DNA from: Botryllus schlosseri
Lineage: Eukaryota
Direction: 5' to 3'
Length of the DNA stretch: 64,000 nt
NCBI GenBank assembly: GCA_051294905.1
Contig: CM119371.1
Span: 29,824,001-29,888,000, forward strand
This document shows, piece after piece, positions 1 through 13,143 of this stretch. Within the stretch, counting starts at the first letter, position 1. Each line of letters starts with the position of its first letter. The notes beneath the pieces were generated by a model. It had not been told where the DNA came from, did not search any database, and worked only from the letters and a program-made list of their open reading frames with translations. The position numbers and the translations under genes are program-made.

Positions 1-210
1 GTTAGGGGCGTTAGACCTATAATGTAGCCAATAAGCCACAAATGTCAAATGATAAGTTCACTGACAGTGCAAAATCTACGGTACAAACGAAATGCAGGTT
101 GCAAAAGTTTTTTGAATTTGTAAACAATATCGACATTTTTGACCTAACGCTACAATTTTGACAGAATTTTAACTTTTTTGGCGCGACCAAAAAAAAGTCG
201 CCCTACTCAC

Positions 211-817
211 AAGCATCATTCTAATTCAGTAGCTCCCAACGTGGGCGATATCACCCATCAAAGGGCGATTTTGAGAAACAATGGGGCGAAAATACCAAAG
301 GGAGCGATTAGGGAACGACGGGGTGGGGTGAAAATGTTGAAACATCCAGTGAGATATATTTAATCAACGCGGCCATATAATGCACGTGAAGACGGTTCAT
401 TCTGCATATGAGGCGGAAGTTGACTGTAAGACGGTTTTCCGAGCACCTACTCGGTAAAATGAAGTTTCATTTTCAGTCACTTCACCAGTGATCAGAATTT
501 AGTGAATAAATTTCCTGTTTATATGCCCCGTTTTTCGGATCCGAAAATAAGAGGGGCGAATATTTGTGTCGAGCTTGATATACGGGGGCGATGAGTCGGA
601 AAAGGTTGGGAATCACCGTTCTAATTCAAAAACACGCAGCTTGTCACAGAGCGACGTTCCGTCATGCCAACCTCCTACACGCATTGTAGCTTCATTAAAT
701 CTGAATATCTCGATAAAGTAGCGGACACCCTGATGTTTGCTCGTGAAACTAATGAGGAAGAACCACAGCCACGTATTGGCGGTAGAATCGTACATTTCAT
801 CCGTTGCCGCACAATCC
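211..817 (-). pseudogene. Probable next exon of the LDLa gene, interrupted by a MITE
   Basis: ATTAG|G-DCAATDEMYDSTANTWLWFF...LCDKLRVFELE fits the phase of the LDLa exon and could complete its D..DE motif. MITE 227-618 is inserted; beyond it the frame reads TGA-C and then a GTGAGT donor at 210. Confidence 0.5.
227..618. mobile_element. hAT-type MITE
   Basis: CAGTAGCTCCCAAC...GTTGGGAATCACCG; 8-bp TSD TTCTAATT; related copy at ~53608-53900. Confidence 0.85.
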
Positions 818-865
818 CTAATGATTATAGCGATACAAAATTCTATTCTAAGATATATCCTAATC

Positions 866-2364
866 CAGGGGTGTCAAACTCAAATTGCGCCGCGGGCCAG
901 ATTCTACCCTTCAAATCGCCCGCGGCCGGACGGATCAGTCAACTGATTCCAAACCGTTACCTCGTGTCCTTGCTTCTCACTTGAACACTAAGCATATATC
1001 AACAATACACCGATCATATAGGAGGGGTTCTATTCCAACAAGTCGCAACATCTTTATTTGCAAACAATTGTGTTGGCAGAAATACGGTGATTGTCCGTTT
1101 GAATATAGTTAAGAGCCGATAAAACAATAGCGTTAACGACAATGTAAGTTGGCATATTTCAATGCTCTCTTTGCTGTAGTCGTAGTCTGCCATTAGCCCG
1201 CGTATGTGCTGTGAGGAATACATGATATTGAACTTTAAACTTGGTCGTAGGAGTTCGGGTTGTTATCATTAAATCGCCAGTCGCGGTTCTTTTCCGAAGT
1301 CGAGGAATATATAATCGATGGGAAGTGACACAGCAGTGCGACAATAGGTATTTGAATTATATATCTGTGTAACATGCAAATTGCAGATATCGATTCCGCA
1401 TTGGCGTTCTCACTTCAGTGCATAGCTACTACTTGGTCCATTTTTCCATAAAACTCTGAATTCAGTGTCCACTTTTTGCCTTCTCGAAGTAGAGAGAGCA
1501 CAACACCATAGTCGGTTGGTTCTAATGTGGCCTATGAACATTGAACATGCTCGGCATTTTCTGTCTTACGAACATTTCACAAATTAGATTCGATTTATAA
1601 TTAGAGCATATAAACATTTCACAAATTATAGATTAGAATTAGAATTAGAGATTCATTTCACAAATTATATTACAGTGAGATTACTTGCCTTTCGCTCTAA
1701 TTTAGTGAAATCAGACAACTAGAATTATCTAAATGTCCAAGTCTGAGCTCAACACTCCGCGCATAAGAATCCATAACACATCATCACCACAGCCTATACC
1801 TGAGCTGAAAGGGTTCCAAAACACAATTTGTATAAGGGTCACTTCATCAGATATCCCTATACATGAAAGGGTACCATCACCAGAGATTCCATAAGAAGCC
1901 GTGTTAGTTCACCAGCGATGGGGGGTCTAAAAAGGTGGGGTCCCCTACACGGGTTTTCGTGTGAGCTAACCAGAGACCACTTAAGACACAACGCCAACTT
2001 GCCACCGATCTACTATTCTACTAACGCTTCCACGTCTGAAGGCACTCCACACGTACCGCCGCATCTGCTGATGATCGAGAACTGCTCACGGACCACATTC
2101 TTAGTTTTAGAAGACGCCGTAGATCGTAGCATCAATAACGGCAATCAATGTTTATCCCACGTCGGACTTGTTTGACGGGATGAAGCCACGCCACCAAGCA
2201 CAGGGAATATTTGACTAAAGTATTTCCTGCAGAAAATCTCAACATTTGTGACAAACTTGCTGGATAATATAAGATTTTCTGAATCTACTCAGGATTGCTT
2301 CGCGGCTGGATGAAATCGTCTGACGGGCCATATGCGGCCATCTGCCGTATGTTTGACACCCCTG
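866..2364. mobile_element. Non-autonomous hAT (Charlie-like) element
   Basis: TIR CAGGGGTGTCAAAC; TSD TCCTAATC; opposite-orientation relative of 34528-35414. Confidence 0.9.
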
Positions 2365-2921
2365 TCCTAATCGAATGTGGCAATAGCTTTGTTTTATGTA
2401 ATTTTGTAGGTATATGATTACTCCATATGACTTCCAACAGTGCCTTGCCACCCTAGTTTTACATGCCATGGGCTTTCGTGCTGATTCCCAAATATTCCCG
2501 CATATATTTCGAGTTTCGTCTGTGATGATTAGGCAACTTACATCGCTGACATATGCTGACACAAAGACATTTGGAGGTAGAATTGATGCATCAAGGTTGT
2601 TGGAGTGTATACTTGCATCCAAAATAATTAGAATATAAATGTCGGATATTTTCCTCACATGAAAAATAGAATATCGTCTGAGAGGCTGGGCAACTGCGAA
2701 AGTTTGGAAAAGTACCACGTATGTCATGAAAGAATGTTGCTATGGTATGGAAAATTGTAACAATGGTATGGGACAATTGAGGCTGGTATGGAAAATGGAA
2801 ATTTGCCACTTCATACGATACCATGCCATTATGACTGACAAGTGGCCTCGTGGGATATAATATGTGAATGTGAATAATGAATATGGTCTGATTGCGTGTA
2901 ATTACTAAAGTAAATGCTTAC

Positions 2922-3012
2922 CGGCAATTTGCATATCCATTGCAAAACCAAGACGACGGAATGCAGTGTGTACCATCCGAACACTCGAACTCGTCGCTTC
3001 CGCATGACGAAC
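2922..3012 (-). CDS. Exon encoding an LDL-receptor class A repeat (copy 1)
   Basis: TGCAG|...|GTAAG, 91 bp; translates (G)SSCGSDEFECSDGTHCIPSSWFCNGYANC(R), with the LDLa Cys/Phe pattern. Confidence 0.85.
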
Positions 3013-3132
3013 CTGCATCGAAATTGACATATGCTAATGATATATGGATAACTCAAATTAAAAACAGTATCATCTCAAAACATTTCTCTTAGGCTTAAAG
3101 CAAACGTTCTCGTTCGACATGAAATGTCCTAC

Positions 3133-3284
3133 CGTCACAAAGATCATCCTTAAACGACGCCAGATGCGATGGTAGCTCGCATATCCACCGATGTTCTGTG
3201 TCACGATGTTTGTGTCGACAAAGTGTGGCGTTTGGCGGGTAAGCTTTGCTTCTATTTCTCAGTGGTGGCTCGTCGGAGTGATCG
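3133..3284 (-). CDS. Exon preceding the LDLa exon (copy 1)
   Basis: TTTAG|...|GTAGG, 152 bp, open: DHSDEPPLRNRSKAYPPNATLCRHKHRDTEHRWICELPSHLASFKDDLCD. Phase-compatible with 2922-3012. Confidence 0.8.
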
Positions 3285-4669
3285 CTAAATTATAAAGTAC
3301 AGAATTTTATCCCTTATTTGTATGTTGGTATGTCTTTGGTATTCTGTATAATGATATCACTCCATAGAATATAGGCTATACCATCTTTGCACTGTGGCGC
3401 AGCGTGCGCATCCAGCATACTGGACATAGTGCTCGTACTCTTTGTACATTATGTTACGGAACTCATGAGGATAAGTTAATCAGCTCTTGCAAATGTCACA
3501 ATACAAGCAATATTCAGCGGAACAAACATTTTCGAATTCCTTTATAGAATACTGAATCGTCGATTTCATGATAAATATTCATTTATTTCATTATTAATGC
3601 CGATTATTTGCGACATGTAATACGAAATTTTCTGCCGTGGTGCACCAGACCGATTATCACAATTAGTGATAATATTTATAATAATTTCATTATTAATGCC
3701 GAATCCACTGATACACCTTATCAGCGGCGGATCAACATACAAACTAAATCCAGGATATAGCGAATAGTTAGGGGTATCCGGTTAGGACAGAGTCGGGCAA
3801 ATTCTCCAGTCGGCGGACCGATATCGGAAAAATGAAATGCTTGGCGGGCCGGATTCCTGAATCGATACATTAAACGCGTATTTATCCGACTATACAAGGA
3901 TTAATCGCATATAATGTAAACTTTAACTTTGAATCATAGAGAGGCAGGTATGGTGTGTACCTCACGACGTCACGTGACGTAATATAGCTAATTCCTACCA
4001 TATATTTCAGTGAATCGAAATATTAATATACACGATACTTGCACCAATGCTGAAGTACATACTGACTTTTTAACCGTCGCTTAATGTATCAACTGGTGCA
4101 ATCAAATGATATAATAATCCCATAAAATCAATATCTTCCGTCGCTTTGCCAACAATTTCGACGAGGACTTGCAAGGGAATATGAGCTTTACGCCTTAACA
4201 GTAGAGGCCAGACCAGATAATATATTCGTCGTCTAAGTATTGTTGCATTGATATTGAGCAGAGTGTAAAACGTGTTTCTATACTTGCTACCGCCGATATT
4301 ATCCCATTAACAAGTTTTACAGGAGTATCCAACACCCCAGCAATCACAAGGATTTGGTTTGTATGATACAATAAGCATATCAAATCAATATGGACCCTAT
4401 ACGCCTGTTAGATTCCTGACATTAGACAACGATGTATTATTTATATGAATTTCAATGATTGGTTGAACAAGCATCATTCTCTGACTACCTATAAGTGGCG
4501 TATTTCGCTCTTGGTGTTATGTGATTGCGGGTCAAGCTCATAGCATAGGGTCCCTAAACATTCGCAAATGGAAAATTGGATATTTCGAGCGAACTTTTGT
4601 AACAAAGTGAAGAAAATTTTTGAGATTGTCGAGGTGCATGCTCGTTTAGTGTTGATTTCTTATGGAAAG

Positions 4670-5007
4670 GAAAAGAAAGGACGTAGTTTATTTTTGTCCT
4701 TGATTTTTTTTGCGGCATATACACCGACTCATGATACACATAGCCTACACACGATCTGTGCTTATGCATACCATGGAGTGCATGATGCGCATATGCTGCT
4801 GGACAAGGAAGTGAAGATATAGCCTTTACGGTTTTCTAAGTCATCCACCACCCCTCCGTGTTATCCCAGTAATGCATGAGCGCCAAACAGGGAAGTCACG
4901 GATACCAGTGTTACTAATCAGGTCATTGGTCTGACCCGGCCGGGGATCGAACCCACGACCTACCGATCAAGGAGCCGGACGCTTCACCATTACGCTATCT
5001 TGTCGGT
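4670..5007 (-). mobile_element. tRNA-derived SINE
   Basis: Minus-strand head ACCGACAAGATAGCGTAATGGT (A box)...GGTTCGATCCC (B box) with a ~260-bp body; absent at the paralogous site near 27735. Confidence 0.8.
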
Positions 5008-5234
5008 AATGGTATGGTGTTAGCGCCATGCATAGAGTGACCCGCAGTTGACATACTAAGAAATTCAACCAAAGATATCATATTGACGTGGAAAATTATA
5101 ATATATGAAAAAGGTTCACAGTGCAGAACCTACCAAAGTTCGTTTGTGAACGCGAACCTCTTAATTTCTGAGGTTCACACACAGAACCCGAACGTGAACC
5201 TCACGTTCACACCATCTATAATAGAGACCTAAGC

Positions 5235-6827
5235 CAGGGGTCGGCAACCTTCTGCTAGTCACGGGCCAAATTTAGAGTGCACGACTTTTTGACGGGCCGG
5301 AATCTTTCTTAACACTATATTTAACGCTCACTTCGGTATATTACCCTACATTGCTTCAATCTCAATCATAAAAATCACAAAATGAGCAAAACACATGTAA
5401 TTACACTTCAACAACGCAGGATAAATGTGACACTTGGCGCAGCTTGCTTTGTGAAAGGTTTTCAACTTCTGGTAACAAGCCATATGAAGCAAGAATCATA
5501 CCATATTCTAAATGGACGTTGGAATACGTGATCTTAGCTTGTTCTCCGTGAATTTCATTGTTGCAAACTATTGTTGACATGCGTACGTGCTACCAAAAGT
5601 GGATGCCATTTCTTTTGCATTGTTGGTCAAGCTGTGATAAAGACCCGATTCAAGAACGAAGTCTTTGTCAAAGTCATGTAGCGATATGCTCTTTGTATGA
5701 AATTTGCCATTCAATTCAACTGCATCGCATTTCAAGAGGGCCCATTTGAAATTTCAAACGATGGTATTGGCGTCCGCATTAAACGGAGTACTGAGTAGTC
5801 AGAATTTATTTTGTAGGCCTACAGAACGAATGTCGGAAAAGCGGGTGGAAATCAGTAATTAAATTTCGTGTCACAGTTACAAATGTATAGTGCTGGTGCT
5901 ATTACTCTCCTCCAGTACAGGAAAGTGAGCATAATTTTATTTGTACATTCCCAGAGTCGTAGTTTTGTTTCAAATGCGTCTCAACATCTCATGTAGCCTA
6001 TTCAGTTGCTTTCCCCCAGTTGCAAATTCAACTTGTTTATATGTGACGTTAAATGTACTATACGAAAGCAATATTAGATACCCATTTTCTATTACAAGAT
6101 TATGAATCGGCGATGTTTGTATTTTCAAGGAAAGTTGCTATTTCATTTCTCAGTTCATACACTCGTGCAAGCATGGCTGCTCGACTTAATGCGCAAACAT
6201 GTCAGATACACAGAACATCGTCATATTGATTCTCTGCTTCTAGTAATATCTGGGGTAACTGTCGGTGATTCAGTTTGTGAGACAAAATCAGCTTTCACCA
6301 CAGTGTCTAAAACACTAATCAGGTTTATTGTCTTGGCGGACGATGTCTTCTGGTGAATTAAACTATACAAACGATAACCTACAAAGGCTAGTTATCAATG
6401 GTGAAACAGGGAGATTTGAGATTTTGTCATTGCGTCTGAGATGTTTGAAGCGTTTTTGAAGCATAGGAACGGCAACTTTATTGTCACACCCCACCAAAGT
6501 GGCAAACTCTTTAAAAACTATGGCATGGCCTACTTTCGGTTGCGCGATACACCCGCTTGATAAACACTGGTCTAGTTTACTTCACAGACAATCTCCATCT
6601 CCTACTTTTAGTACGAGATACTAGTCAACCGCACCAGTGTTATGGCGTAACAATAATAGACTAATACGACGTGTGCTACTTATATCGTAGCAATGCCGCA
6701 TTCTTTCCAAGCATTGCTGCGCTGCAGATCGGAACTCATTACGAAACGGCGTGCCGTATTCTTGTGGTAACTAATTATTTTGTCGCGGGCCGGATCCGGC
6801 CCGCGGGCCGTAGGTTGCCGACCCTTG
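5235..6827 (-). mobile_element. Internally deleted hAT/Charlie transposon
   Basis: TIR CAGGGGTCGGCAACCT; TSD ACCTAAGC/ACCTAAGA; carries a transposase relic. Confidence 0.88.
5430..5760 (-). pseudogene. hAT transposase C-terminal dimerisation domain relic
   Basis: Translates NAKEMASTFGSTYACQQ*FATMKFTENKLRSRI, matching the Charlie FGSTYxCExxFSxMKxxKxxxRSRL motif; stops and frameshifts present. Confidence 0.8.
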
Positions 6828-7966
6828 ACCTAAGATAACGTAATGTACTTCAATAACTGTTGAAGTCGATGAGACATCTGTGATCGATCAAATTTGTGTA
6901 CACCTTCTAAGAACTCTTGTGGCATGTCGGACACAAAAAAGCAAACAAACATTATTTGTGTCCGAAAAAAAGAAAGAAAGAATAACTTACAGTCACTATA
7001 ATAATAGCCTATATCAGGAGTGGACATTCTGTCCAACCATTTTACTAATCATGGCGGTATTTCGTTAATTTACGTAGACTACGTCCGCATTCTAGTGCCT
7101 AGTCGTAACGAACTAACTGAACGAAAATACCCATAGTAAACTGCCCGAGTCCATTTCATGCGAACTCCAGACCTACATATTTCATACTATCGGCTTACTA
7201 TATGCACTGAAATCGCGAGTAGTCCTGTCATGAAGAATTACTGGAATTCGTCTTGCATTCGCGCCAGTCGCGAAGAATTTTCAAATTCGTTGCTGAATTT
7301 CATCAATAATATTAGTAGTTTCATATATCACTATCAAATACTTAGCCTATGTCGGCACATCTGATCAAATTCTCCGGTAGAATTGATGGATGGAGTGTTT
7401 TGGAATTTTTGCACAACTTATAAATGATGCTGGGCCGATAGGTATTTGTCCCTTTTTCCATGACAAATACATTGAAGACGGGGCGGTAGAGGGCGAAACC
7501 CAGTTGGGCTTTTAGGATTCGCACGTTGCCGTTCAACATATTTCGAGCTTGAATCGCATCGAATGACCACTCGACTATACTTATCGATCACAAAATTCTA
7601 TGGACTATTTCTGGACTCAAAGCTATCAGGTTTGCGCCCAATACATCCACCTGGATCAGTTCTCAAATTTTTTTAGACACGCCCTACTTTATGATAGTGA
7701 AATATTTTGCGCCCACCTTATCGTCATATTACAAAATGCAACCAGAATGCTAGCAATCCCAACGTATAGTTTGATGACATGTAAGGTTATCACTGCTGAT
7801 GAGTGAATACTTAAATATAAAATTCGGACAATATACAGAACAACAAATATAAACTGGAGGCAAATCGCGCGGAGCGGGAAAAATATTTTCAGTTGACCGC
7901 AACTTCACGCACATCCCCCCTCTTCAGATGCTTTCTCAAGCTAATGTAATAATAAACCCAGTCGTA

Positions 7967-9590
7967 AGTAGTATAGTAGATCGGTCTGGGGGTGGCAGGG
8001 GCTCTTATGGGTGCACCCGACCGGTGCCGCGAAAACTCGTCCTGAACCGGTGACCCTTTTGACCCCCTCTCTCGCTCGTGACTCGTACTTTCAGACCCCC
8101 TTCCACCCGACCGGTGCCTTATGAGTGTAGGGATCTCTCGACCGGTGCCTCGAAACTCGTCTTGAACCGGTGACCCTTTTCGGTATAGGGATCACTCGAC
8201 CGGTGCCGCGAAAACTCGTCTTGAACCGGTGACCCTTTTCGGTATATGCATCTCTCGACCGGTGTTGAATATGTATCAAGTAAATAGTCATGTGAATGAA
8301 TCTTTGTTAATGTGTATATCGTGAAAACTCGTGGTCGTGACTCGCCTTTTTTTACTATAGGTGGTGACGGTGATTCACCTGCCGTGTATTCTTACGGGAT
8401 CTCTGGTGATTCGCCATGTGTTCTTTTGAGTGCGTCGGCATATCGCACTTTCGGGTAAAGACATCTCTCGCACGTCGTACTTTCGCATGTCGTACTTTCG
8501 CGTATAGGCTGTGTTGGTGATTCGCCATGTGTTCTTATGGTTGCGTCGGCATATCGTACTTTCGGGTATAGGCATCTCTCGCATGTCATATTGGAAACTC
8601 GTGTTGGCACATCGTACTTTTAGGTATAGGCATCTCTCGCATGTCGTACTTTCGCGTATATGCTGTGGTGGTGATTCGCCATGTGTTCTTATGGCTGCGG
8701 TCGTGATTCGCCCTTTCAGTATAGCCATCTCTCGCATATCGTACTTTCGGGTATAGGCATCACTAAACAGGAAATTCACTAATCTGCAGTGCATTGTGCG
8801 ATTTTGAAAACCAGACGTCGGTGGTTGTATTTTGACCTGTGTGACCCACTAAATACGGTCCGTTTTGGAAATTCGGAGCGCGCACTATCGCATCGATTAT
8901 TCCACTAATCCAGTCGATGCTATTACATTCAGCAGTATTCAGTATTCAGCAGCGACACGAAAAGCGACCAACAAATAACCGCGCTCGTAAATTAACACTT
9001 CAAAAAGTGTAAAATTGATTGCAAATCCCGCGATCGCTGACAAGATAATGTCTCGGGCATAACCATTTTTAGTGACTTGGTGTTACAAACATACCGATCG
9101 CTCACGCGGTGAAATTTTAGTAATCAGTTTGTCACAGAACTTGATTTCGCTGGTAAGATTTAATAAATACCGACTAACAGAACCATCAGTGTGGGTAACT
9201 TGAATAGCAACAAATTATCACTTATTTCCGCCCTAACCCTAATCCTTTGTGAGATTACCACATACTCAAAAAGGTGTGAAATAATTGTAAAATCCTACGA
9301 CCACTCACAGGGTAATGCTTCAGACATAGCGATCGCTCATGATTTGGTGTTACAGACATACCGATCGCTCACAAGGTAATATTTCCGCAATAAGTTTGTC
9401 ACAGAGCCGTCGCAGACGGTGATTCGTAAACCAACAATTTGACACTTTCTGGTGGTTGCTATATGTTTTGACACTTCGGAACGTGGTTGACTTTAGTTGT
9501 ATGATAAGAATCATGCGAATATTCAAGCAATGTGTCAATTTGTCAACTTGAAATGAAACTTACTACACAGCTCAAGTTGATTCGTATCTG
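7967..9590 (+). repeat. Left TIR (1624 bp) with internal subrepeats
   Basis: Reverse complement of 14859-16482. Contains ~59-bp ACCGGT-rich repeats (8019-8262) and GTGATTCGCCATGTG / CGTACTTTCGGGTATAGGC modules (8400-8760). Confidence 0.95.
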
Positions 9591-12500
9591 CATGTTTTAA
9601 ATCGGAAGGAAAATGTATTTTTACTCGGTTAAGTGCTGTGGTTTCAGTGTTTCCAGTGTCGTTGGTATTGTTAAACATTGTCGCCGGTAGCCGTTGGTAT
9701 ACTATTACGAGTGTGAAAACGATTTGCACTCCCTGTGCAGAGTATCGCGATAGTGAACATATTTTTCGCGTGACAAAACAAGATCGTTGTTCAAATGTTA
9801 ATGCATGCATTTCGATTACCGAGTTGCTGTACAATAGAGATGGCTCTACATTAGACCGTGCTGTGTACTTCGATTAAAACCACATGACCCCATGTAAATC
9901 TATTTGCACAACTCGATGATGTTGATATAGTGTTACTAAAATTAATTATTACCTATTTACACAACATAAAAATAACAGTTTATGTCGTAGTAAGTAAGTT
10001 TCTTGAACTCGTGCTTGATGGAAACGAATGGTGACAAGTATGCTTTTGTGTGAAAAATAATTATTTAGAGTAGTGACAGTTTGTGACCAGCGAATGCAAA
10101 TCGATCATGACATTACAATATACGCTTTCGTCAACATAACGACTTGGCGTAGAAACTCTTTCACGTTTTTTCAATAACTGGATTCTCGGGACTTGTTACT
10201 TGTACGATGTATCGTTGGTGTGCAAACTATAACGACCATTTTGTATGATAGTATGTTTTAGTTGAGTTGTATTGTTGTGAGGACAATCATGTGATGACTC
10301 AGCACTTTTCGTTAGCAAAGTAGATTGATTTGTGTGTAAGATGTACGCACCGTAACTAGAAAACGTATGTACTCTGTTGTTGGAGTAGCTGATTTATTGC
10401 TATGACATGGACATATCCTGCAGGCTTGGTTGGATGGTTTTTCTTACGAAAGATGACGCGACCTCGGTGTCGTAAATTGTGTTAACTAAACTCGGATGGA
10501 TACCACAATTGTGCTGGACTTACACATGGTATTCGCATACTGTACACATACAAACTTTTGTGTAAACAACTCTGGTGTTTCTGTTAATACTAGTTCTGTG
10601 TTGAACTACTTGATTATTAAGATACATGAACAACCATTCAGACAATAAAGTTCTTGAGGTATCGAAACAGTTTGAAAGCAACACCAATCATTGTACAGGT
10701 TTGTAGCATGGGAATATCGATTATTTTCGTTTACCATGAATATATTTCATATACCTTTGGTAAGAAATGAGTTGCGTGGGGTAATCATACACAACCTACT
10801 AAAGTTAAACTTGTAGCGTTTGATTGCCTACTTTTTTTTATCATTGTTTGTTGTTAAAAGACGACTGAGTTTACGTCTAAATGTAGTAAGCGGAGAAACT
10901 CAAGTAATAAATTTTACTCGTTTGAAAATATCGATCAATGAAGTAACAGTATCAATATGAGTGGTATATTATTTTTCGCGATATGCAACAAACCTTCTAA
11001 GTAAACTTGTCAAAAATGTATCATGTCATAGTCGGTTGTTATGAAATCGAAACAAAAGTACTTTGATTATCACGACAAAGGGAGTTGAGATGAATGCAGT
11101 ATTTCAGAAGTGAATGTGTATCGTTTGGTATGTTCAGCAATTACTAAATGACCAAAATATCAAACTGTGCATACAACTCGGTTAGTTAAACGATAGAGTT
11201 ACAAGTCGGATGTAATCTCGATTTACAGATGACATCTTGATGATGTAAAGCTCAACCACTCAAATGTGTTCATTGCAAAGTATTTGACACAAACAAAATA
11301 TCGAACGAAGACCCACCACTTGGTTTCATTACCGGGTGAGTGAAAATTGTTTTCTGTTTGCTAGGTATGATTTGCATTTAGAAAATAAAAACGAACTACA
11401 CCGATTAAGCGACGCTGTTTAATATCCGATGAGTGAGTGAAATTTCTTAGGGTTTGATTTAGCGAGTTAATTACCGGCGATTCAATCACATACGAGTAAC
11501 GTCTTTTAGTGGCAGAGTATTGTGACGACATTTACTTTGATGAATGACAATCTCCGATTTCTTTGGTCGTGAGCGTTCTACAAATATTTCCGGCATACAT
11601 TTAGCAAGCAACCTACAATATTCCTTTGTTATGGTAATGACTTTCACAAGTTTGGTTTTACGATTACAATTACTTTAGAAGATTCAAATGAATATTCATG
11701 ATCACTACTTTGAGCAAGAATACAAACACATTTTGCAAATTTCAGTGTAGCGCCTATTGCGATTTTGTTAATGCAATGAGTTTTGTGTATACTCAAGTCT
11801 AGTAGAATAGGATGCGTCCAGTAAAGATATTCCAAATTGCTTCTGTGTTGATCAAAGTCTTGAAGTGTAAATCCGTAGATTTCACAATGTCTTGGAGAGT
11901 GCGACCGGAATTATGTATTGATAGCGCGCTTCAAAGGGTACTCGATACCCAAAGTGATATTTTCACACTCTGTAAGTTGTGTGTGTTTCAATGCGCTGTC
12001 ACAAATCCCGACAATAAATCGTATCAATTACTGGATTCAATAGTAACGATATTGTGATATATTGACTCTACACTTAGTCGTTTCAATTACCCGTTGCGAA
12101 TCGGGATAATAAAACATTTTGTATTGGGTGTTCAATGTATGAATAATGGAATTATTGCATCTTTAGCGTTGTTTATCGCAAACGATAGATTTTAATAATT
12201 GTACTGGTTGTTGAATGTAATAATACCGATATTGCTCTTTCATCTTTAGTCTTGGTTACTGGAAATAATTACATTTGCAAAATATATTTCCTGATATCGC
12301 GATACGCAGAGTGATTTTTATCGAGGTGGAGTAATTCTCCAATCAAGAACATTTCAGACACGTATAGTTTTACAACTTAATATGTTAAGAACAATGGCAC
12401 TGAAAAGTTTGTTGCTGTCATAACATTTACCACAACGCCGTGTCTAATTAACGCGAATAATTTAATAATCAAGTCATGATCAACTATAACATATGTCAAA

Positions 12501-13143
12501 TCAATGTGTCAATCCTTATGTTTACAGCATGATAACTTTGAATATAACACCAGCGTTCGATTGTAAGAAATGAAGTCGCAACTACGTTGATCAGACTTTC
12601 AAATCTCGTATACTCAAACATAGTATGTTAATCTCAAGTCACCTGCACCGAGTAGAAATTACTTTTGTCTTACAAAATATATCGAGTAGTAATTACTTTG
12701 TCTTGCGAAATAGTAACGACTTTTACAGTTGAAAAAAAAAAGACGCGTCGTAGGGGTATGAATACAGCCGAGCTTGTTACGGACTTTAGGTTTTAGTGAT
12801 TGTATGGACTCGTGTATGCTTGGCTGTTTTCATACTGATAATGTTTGAGTTGATTGGGTGAGTTACAAACGGATTTACTTGGCAAGGTTTTTCCTTGTTG
12901 ACTCTTTGGAGTATGGTAAGATGGTAAGATGTCGATGCGTAATACTATTTCCGTTAACTCAATTGCAACAAAAAATAATCAGACAGCTCGTTCAAGGTTT
13001 CGACAAATAGATTGAAATATTCCGATTTAACTCATCGCGTCGCAACTCGATCGCGGTATGCACAAGTGGTTGTCAAGTAAGAAATATTTACAACAGGTGC
13101 TATTTCATTGATTGACTTGATTGTGTGTAGAAACACATTAAAG

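Noticed and set aside
4935..5007. tRNA gene
   Set aside because: The tRNA-like head is fused to a repeated body in three copies, so it is a SINE.
8375..8794. 139-aa ORF and its mirror at 15655-16074
   Set aside because: Arises from TIR subrepeats; no recognisable domain.
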